DNA of 60,130 bases, from NCBI GenBank assembly GCA_002937775.1, contig PTKO01000002.1, forward strand, positions 1 to 60,130. The letters run 5' to 3'. Of the stretch, positions 20,982 to 29,410 are shown piece after piece (the first letter of the stretch is position 1; every line of letters begins with the position of its first letter). The notes under the pieces are model-generated. The model did no database searches, was not told the origin of the DNA, and saw nothing but the letters and a program-made list of their open reading frames with translations. The DNA comes from Alphaproteobacteria bacterium MarineAlpha6_Bin4. Its GTDB lineage: Bacteria; Pseudomonadota; Alphaproteobacteria; GCA-002720895. The position numbers and the translations under genes are program-made.

Positions 20982-23654
20982 CTATTTTTTTAATAATTTT
21001 TTTATGCTTCTTTTTAAGCTATTAATATTATTGCTTAATTGTATTTTTTTTCCTTTATAATCCTGAATATAAAATATTTCACTTGCACCTTTTCCCATGG
21101 TCAATATCTTTGCACTACTTATTTTTAATTTTAAATTATACAATTTTTTAGTTAAATCATAAATTAAACCAATTCTATCAAGAGTATTTACTTCCAATAT
21201 TGTATGTTTTTTGCTCATATTATTATCAACAAATATTTTTGTATTTATTTTAAAGAGTTTTTCATTAAAATTTTTCCTTACTTCATTTATTTTTTTTTCA
21301 TTAATTGAAATTTTTTTTTCCAAAACATCATATAAAGTATTTTCTAATTTCGAAAAATGATATAATTTGTCTAACATATCATTATTTAAATCTCTAACCC
21401 ACAGTACATCTAAAGCCATGCCATTTTTAAGAGTTGACACCTTTGCTTCTACAACATTAAATCCCGAGATAGAAACTGCACCAGCTAACTTATAAAGCAA
21501 TCCTATATTATCTTTAGTATAAATTATTATTTCTGTTGCTAGTTTTTTTTTATTTTGTGAAATTTGTATAAAAGATTTTTTTTTAAATTTATTAATTATT
21601 TTTAGAAACTTTATTATTTTTTCCTTTTCATTATTTAAAAATATTTCACTAGGCAGGATTTTTATTAGATTTTCTATTTTCTTTTTTGATAATAAATTAT
21701 TATTTTTTGTTAGTTTATATTTCATAGACTCAATTAAGTTTTCATCTTTATTAATCTTTCCACCTAACAATAAATTTCTAGTTTTTAAAAATAATTGCTG
21801 TAAAGGAAATTTATTCCAAGAATTCCATATTGCTTTGCTTGTTGCTTTCATGTCTACAACTGTAAAAATAAATAATAATTTTAATTTTTCTAAAGATTGA
21901 ATTTTTTTTGCAAATTCAAATATTGTATTTGAATCATCTATATCTCTTTTTTGAGAAATTTTGTTCATTAACAAATGATTTTTAATTAACCACACAATAG
22001 TATTTTTTTCAGACTGATCTATTTGTAGATCTGTACAAAATTTTTCTGCAATTCTACTAGAAATAATCGAATGATCTTTTCCGGTACCTTTGCCTAGGTC
22101 ATGAAAAAACATTGCAACATAAAGTACTCTTGATGAAATAATTTCAGAAAAAATTTGTTTGTACAATAAATCCTCTTTAAATAAATTTTTTTTATGAAAT
22201 TCATCTATGAATCCTATAGCTTTAATTGTGTGCTCATCAACAGTATATTTGTGAAAGCCCCCAAACTGAATTTGGCCTGAAACTCTTTTGTAATCTGGAA
22301 TCAAAATTCCTAAAATTCCTAAATCAGACATCAACTTAATAAATTTTTCTTTATTGTTTTTTTTAAAAGTTAAAATTCTAAAAAAAACCTCTAAAAATTT
22401 TTTTCTGCCTTTTATTTTATTTTTTAAATTTTCTACATTTTCTAATATTAATCTTATAGCCTTTGGATTTATATTTAAATTTTTTTGCTGAGCAACCTCT
22501 AAAATTTGGAAAATACTATTACAGCTATTTATATCATTATTCCTTAATTTAAAATTATCAAAAAAATTAATTTTCTTGTTTTCTATAATAAAATTATCAA
22601 TTTTTATCAGTTTTTTATTTTTATTTGTTTTAACTAAATTTTCTTTATCTTCAATAAGCGTGTAATAAATTCGTATTAAATCACTAACTCTTTTTGCAGT
22701 AAAAAAATAATCTTTCATAAATTTTTCTACATCTAATAATTCAATTTTTTTTTTGTAACCAATTTTTTTTGCTATTAATTTTTGATATTCGAAATTTAAT
22801 TGTTCATTGGGTCTTCCACTAAGAATATGTAAATAAGATCTTACAGTCCAAAAAAACTTTTTTGCTTCTACTAATGATTGTGCAGAATTTTTATCTAAAA
22901 TTTTATAATTTACTAAATCATTTATTTTTTTTACTTTGTAAAAAAATTTTCCAATCCAATCCAATGTTTGTAAATCTCTTATTGCACCTTTTCCATTTTT
23001 TATGTTTGGCTCTAATAAATTTCTAGACTCTCCTATTTCTTTAAGACGTTTTCTTCTTTCAAAAAAAATGGATTTTACAAAATTTTTTCCATATTTGCCG
23101 ATAATATTTTTTTTATATTTTGTAATTAATATTTTATATAAATCATAATTTCCCGAAATAAATCTGCTTTCTAAAATAGATGTACAAATATCTATTTTTT
23201 TTTTGCTATAGCGTATACATTCTTCTACTGTTCTTGTTGCATAACCAACTCTTAATCCTAAATTCCATAGGATATGTAAAATTGGTTTAACAAATTTTTC
23301 CAAATTACTTTTTTTTTTAATGGAATGAAGAAAAAGAATATCGATGTCAGAATATGGTGCTAATTCCACTCTACCAAAACCTCCTGTTGCAACTATGCAA
23401 AATTTTAAATTTTCTTTTTTTTTAAGATTTAATAAATAACCGTCGTAACATTTACAAATAATTTTATCTAAAAGAAATGAACGCTTTTTGGCTAGATTTA
23501 ATCCGTTGTTTTTTTGTTTAAAATCTTTTATTAATTTTTTATTCTCATTTTCATAAAATTTTTTTAATTTTTTAGAAAATAGTCCAAAATTAGGGAATTC
23601 TATTTCTTTTTCATCTCTATTTAAGTTATTGTTTAAACTTAATTTTTCTGGCAT
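20982..23654 (-). CDS. glnD: [Protein-PII] uridylyltransferase/uridylyl-removing enzyme
   Basis: NTase motif GGFGRVELAPYSDIDILFL, HD motif HKYTVDEHT...FFHDLGKG, and two ACT-like C-terminal repeats. The track start 23663 is a TTG; the first ATG is at 23652-23654. Confidence 0.88.
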   Translation of the reverse strand: MPEKLSLNNNLNRDEKEIEFPNFGLFSKKLKKFYENENKKLIKDFKQKNNGLNLAKKRSFLLDKIICKCYDGYLLNLKKKENLKFCIVATGGFGRVELAPYSDIDILFLHSIKKKSNLEKFVKPILHILWNLGLRVGYATRTVEECIRYSKKKIDICTSILESRFISGNYDLYKILITKYKKNIIGKYGKNFVKSIFFERRKRLKEIGESRNLLEPNIKNGKGAIRDLQTLDWIGKFFYKVKKINDLVNYKILDKNSAQSLVEAKKFFWTVRSYLHILSGRPNEQLNFEYQKLIAKKIGYKKKIELLDVEKFMKDYFFTAKRVSDLIRIYYTLIEDKENLVKTNKNKKLIKIDNFIIENKKINFFDNFKLRNNDINSCNSIFQILEVAQQKNLNINPKAIRLILENVENLKNKIKGRKKFLEVFFRILTFKKNNKEKFIKLMSDLGILGILIPDYKRVSGQIQFGGFHKYTVDEHTIKAIGFIDEFHKKNLFKEDLLYKQIFSEIISSRVLYVAMFFHDLGKGTGKDHSIISSRIAEKFCTDLQIDQSEKNTIVWLIKNHLLMNKISQKRDIDDSNTIFEFAKKIQSLEKLKLLFIFTVVDMKATSKAIWNSWNKFPLQQLFLKTRNLLLGGKINKDENLIESMKYKLTKNNNLLSKKKIENLIKILPSEIFLNNEKEKIIKFLKIINKFKKKSFIQISQNKKKLATEIIIYTKDNIGLLYKLAGAVSISGFNVVEAKVSTLKNGMALDVLWVRDLNNDMLDKLYHFSKLENTLYDVLEKKISINEKKINEVRKNFNEKLFKINTKIFVDNNMSKKHTILEVNTLDRIGLIYDLTKKLYNLKLKISSAKILTMGKGASEIFYIQDYKGKKIQLSNNINSLKRSIKKLLKK

Positions 23655-23744
23655 ATTTATCAATATTAAAAATTTTTATATATCTTTTTATTTTTCTTAT
23701 TTAGTTTATAAATACTAAACCAGTGTAATAAAAAAAAAATTTTA

Positions 23745-23779
23745 ATGTCATAAAACTGTAATGTTAAAATGTACATAAT
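23745..23779 (+). promoter_or_regulatory. Pho-box-like site plus -10-like hexamer upstream of pstS
   Basis: ATGTCATAAAACTGTAAT (23745-23762) matches the E. coli Pho box CTGTCATAWAWCTGTCAY at 16/18 by my count. CATAAT (23774-23779) lies 11 nt downstream. The ATG is at 23820. Confidence 0.4.
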
Positions 23780-23819
23780 TACTTTGTTTTTTATAAATTT
23801 TTTATTAAAAGGCATTTAT

Positions 23820-24866
23820 ATGTTAAAAATTTCAAAATATCTTTTAACGGCCACAACAATATTGCTAACAGCTACTGTGGCTCAAGCCCGTGATCAAATT
23901 AGAATTGTGGGTTCAAGTACCGTTTATCCTTTTGCAACTGTTGTTGCTGAAAAATTCGGTATTTCATCTAGTTTTAAAACTCCTGTAGTAGAAAGTACAG
24001 GTTCAGGTGGTGGTTTAAAAATATTCTGTCAAGGTATTGGCCCGACACACGTGGACATTACTAACGCTTCTAGACGTATTAAAGGTAAAGAAATAAAAAA
24101 ATGTGCTAAAAACGGCATTACTGAAATCACTGAAGTAAAAATTGGTTATGATGGTATTGTTTTAGCGAATTCAAAAGGATCTGAACAAATGAAAATTGAA
24201 AGAAAACACATTTGGTTAGCTCTTGGAAAAAATGTTATGGTAGGTGGAAAAATTATTCCTAACCCGCACAAAACATGGAAAGATGTTGATGCATCTCTTC
24301 CAGACGTAAAAATTGAAGTGCTTGGCCCTCCGCCAACATCAGGAACTCGTGACGCTTTTGCAGAACTTGCATTGCAAGGTGGGTGTAAAAAATTTGATTC
24401 CATCAAAGCTATGAAAAAAGCTGACAAAAAAGCTTTTAAAAAACTTTGTCATACAGTTCGTGAAGACGGCGCTTATATAGAAGCAGGCGAAAACGATAAT
24501 TTAATCGTTGCTAAACTTGAAGAAAATCCTAAAGCTTTTGGTGTTTTTGGATATAGTTTCTTAGACCAAAACAAAGATAAGCTTCAAGGTTCAATAGTTG
24601 AAGATAATTTTCCAACTTTTGAAAACATATCTTCAGGTAAATATCCTATATCTCGTTCTTTATATTTTTATATTAAGAATGCGCATGTAGGTAAAATCCC
24701 TGGTATAAGTGAATATGTTGCTGAATTTACTAGCGAAAAAGCTGTCGGCAATGATGGTTATTTGCAAGAAAAAGGTTTAATTCCAGCACCAGATGCTGAA
24801 AGAGCTGAGATAAGATCAAATGCTTTAAGCACTTCTACAGCATGGTTAGCTGATTTTAAAAAATAA
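23820..24866 (+). CDS. pstS: Periplasmic phosphate-binding protein (PstS/PhoT family), with no adjacent pstCAB
   Basis: Signal peptide, then IRIVGSSTVYPFATVVAEKF and TGSGGG segments typical of PstS-family binding proteins. The internal ATG at 23820 is preferred over the track start 23769. Confidence 0.8.
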   Translation: MLKISKYLLTATTILLTATVAQARDQIRIVGSSTVYPFATVVAEKFGISSSFKTPVVESTGSGGGLKIFCQGIGPTHVDITNASRRIKGKEIKKCAKNGITEITEVKIGYDGIVLANSKGSEQMKIERKHIWLALGKNVMVGGKIIPNPHKTWKDVDASLPDVKIEVLGPPPTSGTRDAFAELALQGGCKKFDSIKAMKKADKKAFKKLCHTVREDGAYIEAGENDNLIVAKLEENPKAFGVFGYSFLDQNKDKLQGSIVEDNFPTFENISSGKYPISRSLYFYIKNAHVGKIPGISEYVAEFTSEKAVGNDGYLQEKGLIPAPDAERAEIRSNALSTSTAWLADFKK

Positions 24867-24890
24867 AATATTTTTTAACTAAACCAAATA

Positions 24891-24924
24891 AAAAACCAGT
24901 AAATTAATATTTGCTGGTTTTTTT
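24891..24924 (+). terminator. AU-rich terminator-like hairpin after pstS, ending 5 nt before the arsC ATG
   Basis: AAAAACCAG (24891-24899) pairs with CTGGTTTTT (24914-24922). The loop can extend the stem (AAAT/ATTT around a TAAT tetraloop). The T-run runs to 24924. Confidence 0.45.
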
Positions 24925-24928
24925 CTAT

Positions 24929-25351
24929 ATGAAAAAAGTTTTATTTATATGTACCGGTAATTCTGCAAGGAGTATATTAGCAGAATCTATATTAAACAAA
25001 TTTGGTAAAAAAAAGTTTAAAGCACTTAGTGCAGGATCTCACCCAAATGGTGTGGTACATCCAGAAACTTTAAAGTTCTTAATGAAAAAAAATTATTTAA
25101 TTAAAAATCTAAAAAGTAATTCAATTAATGAAATTTTAAAATTAAATCCTAAAATTGATTATATTATAACCGTATGTGATAATGCGGCTAGAGAAGGTTG
25201 CCCTGTATTAAATTATAAAGGTAAACAAATACATTGGAGCATAAAAGATCCTGTTTCAGAATTTATAAAAACAAAAAAAAATATAGAATTTAGAAATGCT
25301 TATTATGAATTAAAAAATAAAATATTAAAATTTATAAAAATAAATGAATAA
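24929..25351 (+). CDS. arsC: Arsenate reductase, LMW-PTPase (thioredoxin-coupled) type
   Basis: P-loop CTGNSARS (CX5R-S), a downstream Cys pair in VCDNAAREGCP, and the KDP acid residue. The track start 24911 is a TTG; the ATG is at 24929. Confidence 0.85.
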   Translation: MKKVLFICTGNSARSILAESILNKFGKKKFKALSAGSHPNGVVHPETLKFLMKKNYLIKNLKSNSINEILKLNPKIDYIITVCDNAAREGCPVLNYKGKQIHWSIKDPVSEFIKTKKNIEFRNAYYELKNKILKFIKINE

Positions 25352-25982
25352 TACAAAAAAATTAATATGTGAATTCATTGGAACATTTGCTTTAGTGTTT
25401 ATTGGCGCTGGTTCAGTTGCAAATGGCAATGTTTTAATTTCTGTAGCTTTAGCTCATGGATTTACTGTTATTTTCTTAATATACATATTTGGCCATATTT
25501 CAGGAACTCATATAAATCCTGCAATAACTTTTGCTATTTATCTTGCTAAGAAGATATCGTCTAAATTAGCACTCTATTATATTATAGTACAATTGTTGGG
25601 TGCTTCTTTAGCAGCGTTAACATTATTTTATATCCATAATCAAGATCCAAACATAGATTATGGTGCAATATCACCAAACCTTGAAAGAATAACTATATTT
25701 AATGCTTTTATTTTAGAGGTTATCTTAACCTTTTTTTTAGCTAACTCCGTACTAATAGCTGCAGTTTCAAAAAAAGCAGGCCCCTTAGCAGGAAATGTAA
25801 TTGGGTTTACGTTAATTGCATGTATTATGGTAGGAGGACCTTTAACAGGTGCAAGTTTAAATCCAGCGCGTAGTTTTGGGCCAGCTCTAATTTTAGGTAA
25901 TTTTGAATTTATCTGGCTCTATATCTTAGCGCCATTAACAGGTGGATTTATAGCTTCAAAAGTATATAAAAAATTAATTTAA
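25344..25982 (+). CDS. MIP-family channel (aquaporin/aquaglyceroporin; arsenite channel candidate)
   Basis: Two NPA boxes (HINPAITFA; LNPARSFGPA) and six predicted TM segments. 8-nt overlap (ATGAATAA) with arsC. Confidence 0.88.
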   Translation: MNNTKKLICEFIGTFALVFIGAGSVANGNVLISVALAHGFTVIFLIYIFGHISGTHINPAITFAIYLAKKISSKLALYYIIVQLLGASLAALTLFYIHNQDPNIDYGAISPNLERITIFNAFILEVILTFFLANSVLIAAVSKKAGPLAGNVIGFTLIACIMVGGPLTGASLNPARSFGPALILGNFEFIWLYILAPLTGGFIASKVYKKLI

Positions 25983-25995
25983 AAAGGAGAAACAA

Positions 25996-26217
25996 ATGCT
26001 GTCAATAAACAACTTAAAGTGGCTATCAACTACTTTGGTTTTAAGTGGAATATTGCTTACTAATCTTAATATCTATCCAGTAAATATTTTCTTACATGGC
26101 ACAGGAGTAGTTGGATGGGCTATAGCTGGTTTTGTTACTAAAGACAAACCAATATTAACAAATTTTGGTTTGCAAATTCCATTATTTATAATCGGATATT
26201 TTAAATTATTTTTTTAA
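25996..26217 (+). CDS. Small (73 aa) integral membrane protein, unknown function
   Basis: Two to three hydrophobic segments. A strong Shine-Dalgarno AAGGAG (25984-25989) lies 6 nt before the ATG. Starts 13 nt after the MIP gene. Confidence 0.5.
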   Translation: MLSINNLKWLSTTLVLSGILLTNLNIYPVNIFLHGTGVVGWAIAGFVTKDKPILTNFGLQIPLFIIGYFKLFF

Positions 26218-26250
26218 AATAGTTTAATTTTTCTGATATATAAGATACTC

Positions 26251-26727
26251 ATGTTTGCTCGCACATTAAAAATTATTTTTACATATTTTATTATAAGTTT
26301 TAGCTTTATAAATTATGTAATATCAGAAGACCTTACAAAACAAGAATCAATTGAAAAGGTTGTTTATTTTAAAGGCATATCTGGAAAATCACATTATTAT
26401 GAACCGAGTGAATTAACTTTTTATACTGGCAAACTATACAGATTAATATTAAAAAATGTTAGTGATTCAAAACATTATTTTTCTTCAAACTCTTTTTCTA
26501 AATCCATTTTTACGAGAAAAATACAAATTAATTCTAATGGTAAAAAACTAGCGGAAGTAAAGGGTATAATTAATGAGGTTGAAGTGTGGCCTAATCATCA
26601 AATTGAATGGTGGTTTATACCAATTAAAACAGGTCGTTTTGAAGATTTGTTCTGTAAAGTAAAAGATATGAAAAGTGGTCTAAAACATAGTGAAATGGGC
26701 ATGCAGGGAGTTATCATTATTAAGTAA
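26251..26727 (+). CDS. Secreted protein with cupredoxin-like ligand pattern (tentative)
   Basis: N-terminal signal/anchor. A beta-rich sequence with H (SDSKHYF) and a C-terminal C...H...M...M arrangement (FCKVKDMKSGLKHSEMGMQG), reminiscent of type-1 copper sites. The C-H spacing is atypical. Confidence 0.4.
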   Translation: MFARTLKIIFTYFIISFSFINYVISEDLTKQESIEKVVYFKGISGKSHYYEPSELTFYTGKLYRLILKNVSDSKHYFSSNSFSKSIFTRKIQINSNGKKLAEVKGIINEVEVWPNHQIEWWFIPIKTGRFEDLFCKVKDMKSGLKHSEMGMQGVIIIK

Positions 26728-26734
26728 AAGTAAA

Positions 26735-27994
26735 TTAAAAGTCTAATCTCCAATTTAATTGAAATACATCAGCTTCATCAGAAGTATTTGTAGCATCAGA
26801 ATAATCTGCTTCAACTGTATAGTATTCTACTTGAACGCTATGATGCGAATTAAAAAAATAATTAAGAGTAAATGTATGATCTACTATGTCACCTCTAGTT
26901 TTATTATTAGCAGCATCCGCGTAATCTTGGTACCCATAACGATATGCAATCATTGCAGCATTACTAGCTTTAATTCTTTCATACCTACCTTTGTTAGAAT
27001 TATAGGCTCTCATTCTTTTACCTGTACCAATTGGTAAAAAATAAGAAGCAGTAACATAATGTGCCCATGCACTAAAATCATATTCAGCGGCAACAGAAGT
27101 GCAAGATCCACCTGTTAAAGCATCTCCACCACAACCATCAACTGACATCCACATTCTTTCATATTGAACATCTAATGGTCCTTGCCCGAAAGCAAGTTCA
27201 ATGCCGTAACGTGTGGCATCTTTATGTTCGCCAGTTTTCAAAATATTTAATCTTGGGCCAGAACTTATAAAACGAGATGCATCAGTGCTACTAGAACCCC
27301 AATCATTATCACCTCCATCGACTTTATTGTATCCCCACATAAAACCTGTATGCAACCATTGTTTTTCTTTTTTATTAAATGCTAGTGGTGAATAAGTAGC
27401 ACGGACACCATAAGTCCCATGTGTTAAATCAATATCAGAATTTTGACCTTCGCCAACAGAATAACTTAAATGTGTTGTCCAATTTTTTCCACTAGATAAC
27501 AATCTATATCCTTTGCTACGCTCACCCTGACACCAAGAACTTAGTGTTCCATGACGCTCAATATGATTCGTAAAACGACTACTGTTTTGAACTTCCAAAC
27601 CACAAGGTACTTGGTCGTTACCAACTATAAATTTATGTTTAATGTCATTCATTTTAAATTGATAGCCGATCCAGACATCTTTAAAATCAATATTGCCATC
27701 TAAAACAGTCTCCATATATGGTGCAAAATCAGGTTCAATTTTAAAAGAGACTGAACCAATTTGACCTGATGCACCAAGCCTAATTCTTCTATAATATAAA
27801 TAATCACTATTAGTGGTTATTGTATTTGCGTTATCATCAGTATCGGCAAACCCTGATTGAATGTTAATTCGACCAAAAATTTGACCTTTAATATTTTTAT
27901 TTTTAGACTCCCACTTGAGCTCTGTATCTGCACTAACAACTGATATTAAATTAATTGCAATTAATGCTGGAACTATTATTAATTTTTTTTTCAT
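26735..27994 (-). CDS. Outer-membrane porin, OprO/OprP (phosphate-selective) family-like
   Basis: Signal peptide, YRRIRLGASG segment, aromatic-rich beta-strand pattern and a terminal ...NWRLDF (C-terminal Phe). Confidence 0.7.
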   Translation of the reverse strand: MKKKLIIVPALIAINLISVVSADTELKWESKNKNIKGQIFGRINIQSGFADTDDNANTITTNSDYLYYRRIRLGASGQIGSVSFKIEPDFAPYMETVLDGNIDFKDVWIGYQFKMNDIKHKFIVGNDQVPCGLEVQNSSRFTNHIERHGTLSSWCQGERSKGYRLLSSGKNWTTHLSYSVGEGQNSDIDLTHGTYGVRATYSPLAFNKKEKQWLHTGFMWGYNKVDGGDNDWGSSSTDASRFISSGPRLNILKTGEHKDATRYGIELAFGQGPLDVQYERMWMSVDGCGGDALTGGSCTSVAAEYDFSAWAHYVTASYFLPIGTGKRMRAYNSNKGRYERIKASNAAMIAYRYGYQDYADAANNKTRGDIVDHTFTLNYFFNSHHSVQVEYYTVEADYSDATNTSDEADVFQLNWRLDF

Positions 27995-28140
27995 AATTAT
28001 TCCTTATCAAAGTTATTAATAAACTCAAAATTAAAAATAATAAATTTGTACTACAATAAATTGTCAAAACTGTTACAAGTTTATTACATATGACATTTGA
28101 AAGTCAGTGCTGTAATTGTGTAATAAAAGATAAAATTAGC

Positions 28141-29409
28141 TTAAAATTGACTATTTTTCCTTTTCAAATAAATAAGAAAATAAATTCCAGGAATTGCAGC
28201 GATAGATGTAAAAATAAAAAAAGGTATCCAATTAAAAGTATCAACCAAATATCCGCCTGGAGATGATAAAAAAGTTCTTCCTAAAGAAGCAAACGCGGAT
28301 AAAAGAGCATATTGCGTTGCTGTGTAACGTATATTACATAAACTAGATAAATAAGCGATAAATGCCGCGGTCCCCATACCGCTTGCTAAGTCCATAAAAC
28401 CAATTGTTACAATTAAAAAACCAATGTTATAACCAATGTAAGCTTGTATTGCATAAAATAAATTAGATAACAATTGTAAAATTCCACATATTAATAAGCT
28501 TTTAAAAATACCTGATTGACTTACCAATATTCCACCAATAAAGGCTCCTACTAATGTTGCTGCTAATCCAAAAATTTTACTTACATTTGCAATTTCAATT
28601 TTACTAAAACCCATCTCTATATAAAAAGGATTGGCAACTACACTAACTAAAGCATCTCCAAATTTATACAAAACAACAAATAATAAAATTACAATCCAAT
28701 TTCCTTTAGTCATAAAATCTTTAAAAGGATTTATTACTGAATTTTTAATCCATCCAAAAAAATTTTTTTTATTTGTTTGAATCAATGAACTTAACTCAGG
28801 TTCTTTAGAAAATAAAATTGCCAATGATCCAATTAAAATTTGAGTAGACATTAAGAGATAAACTTTTGACCAATCATAAAATGAAGCTAAATATAAAGCT
28901 CCCGCACCAGCTGATAACATTCCTATTCTATATCCAAAAACTATCATTGCTGCTCCTGCTCCATATAATTTTTTTTCTAAACTTTCTACTCTAAAAGCAT
29001 CAATTACAATGTCCTGACTAGCTGAAAAAAAGGCAACCATAAGTGCTGCTACAGCAGTTAACTTTGGATCTACTGAAGGATTGCTATAACCTAAAAATAT
29101 CAAAGAAAAAATTAATAGAATTTGTGTTAATAAAATCCAACTTCGTCTTCTACCTAGAAATTTTGTAAAAAAAGGAATTTTTAAATTATCCATAAAAGGA
29201 GCCCATAAAAATTTTATGCTATATGGAAGTCCAACAAGAGCAAAAAAACCTATTGTTGTTTTGGTTACACCAACTTCAAATAACCAAACTGAAAGTGTTG
29301 ATAACGTAAGTAAAAGAGGAAGCCCTGAAGCATATCCTAAAAGCATTATCACTAACAATTTTTTATTTGTATAAATAGAAAAGTTTTTTAATTGCTGATG
29401 TAAAATCAT
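28141..29409 (-). CDS. ampG: AmpG-family MFS permease (muropeptide transporter-like)
   Basis: 12-14 TM MFS protein with the characteristic KFLWAPFMD segment. Confidence 0.8.
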   Translation of the reverse strand: MILHQQLKNFSIYTNKKLLVIMLLGYASGLPLLLTLSTLSVWLFEVGVTKTTIGFFALVGLPYSIKFLWAPFMDNLKIPFFTKFLGRRRSWILLTQILLIFSLIFLGYSNPSVDPKLTAVAALMVAFFSASQDIVIDAFRVESLEKKLYGAGAAMIVFGYRIGMLSAGAGALYLASFYDWSKVYLLMSTQILIGSLAILFSKEPELSSLIQTNKKNFFGWIKNSVINPFKDFMTKGNWIVILLFVVLYKFGDALVSVVANPFYIEMGFSKIEIANVSKIFGLAATLVGAFIGGILVSQSGIFKSLLICGILQLLSNLFYAIQAYIGYNIGFLIVTIGFMDLASGMGTAAFIAYLSSLCNIRYTATQYALLSAFASLGRTFLSSPGGYLVDTFNWIPFFIFTSIAAIPGIYFLIYLKRKNSQF

Positions 29410-29410
29410 T

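Noticed and set aside
23769-23819. N-terminal extensions in the ORF track for pstS (23769), nusA (5281), fur (14617), glnD (23663), arsC (24911) and gshB (42577).
   Set aside because: Most of the extensions begin at TTG or add residues not typical of the family. Internal ATGs give canonical N-termini and remove overlaps with regulatory hairpins or upstream genes.
23820-27994. Higher apparent GC of pstS and the porin, considered as evidence for horizontal transfer of the phosphate/arsenic module.
   Set aside because: dnaK, dnaJ, pntB and hslV show a similar shift. It is more simply explained by amino-acid constraints or high expression. I did not compute GC, and no mobility genes or flanking repeats are present.
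28061-28077. TTGTCAAAACTGTTACA as a plus-strand Pho box in the porin/ampG spacer.
   Set aside because: The half-sites are spaced 9 bp apart rather than 11 bp. The orientation points away from the porin gene, toward the 3' end of ampG.
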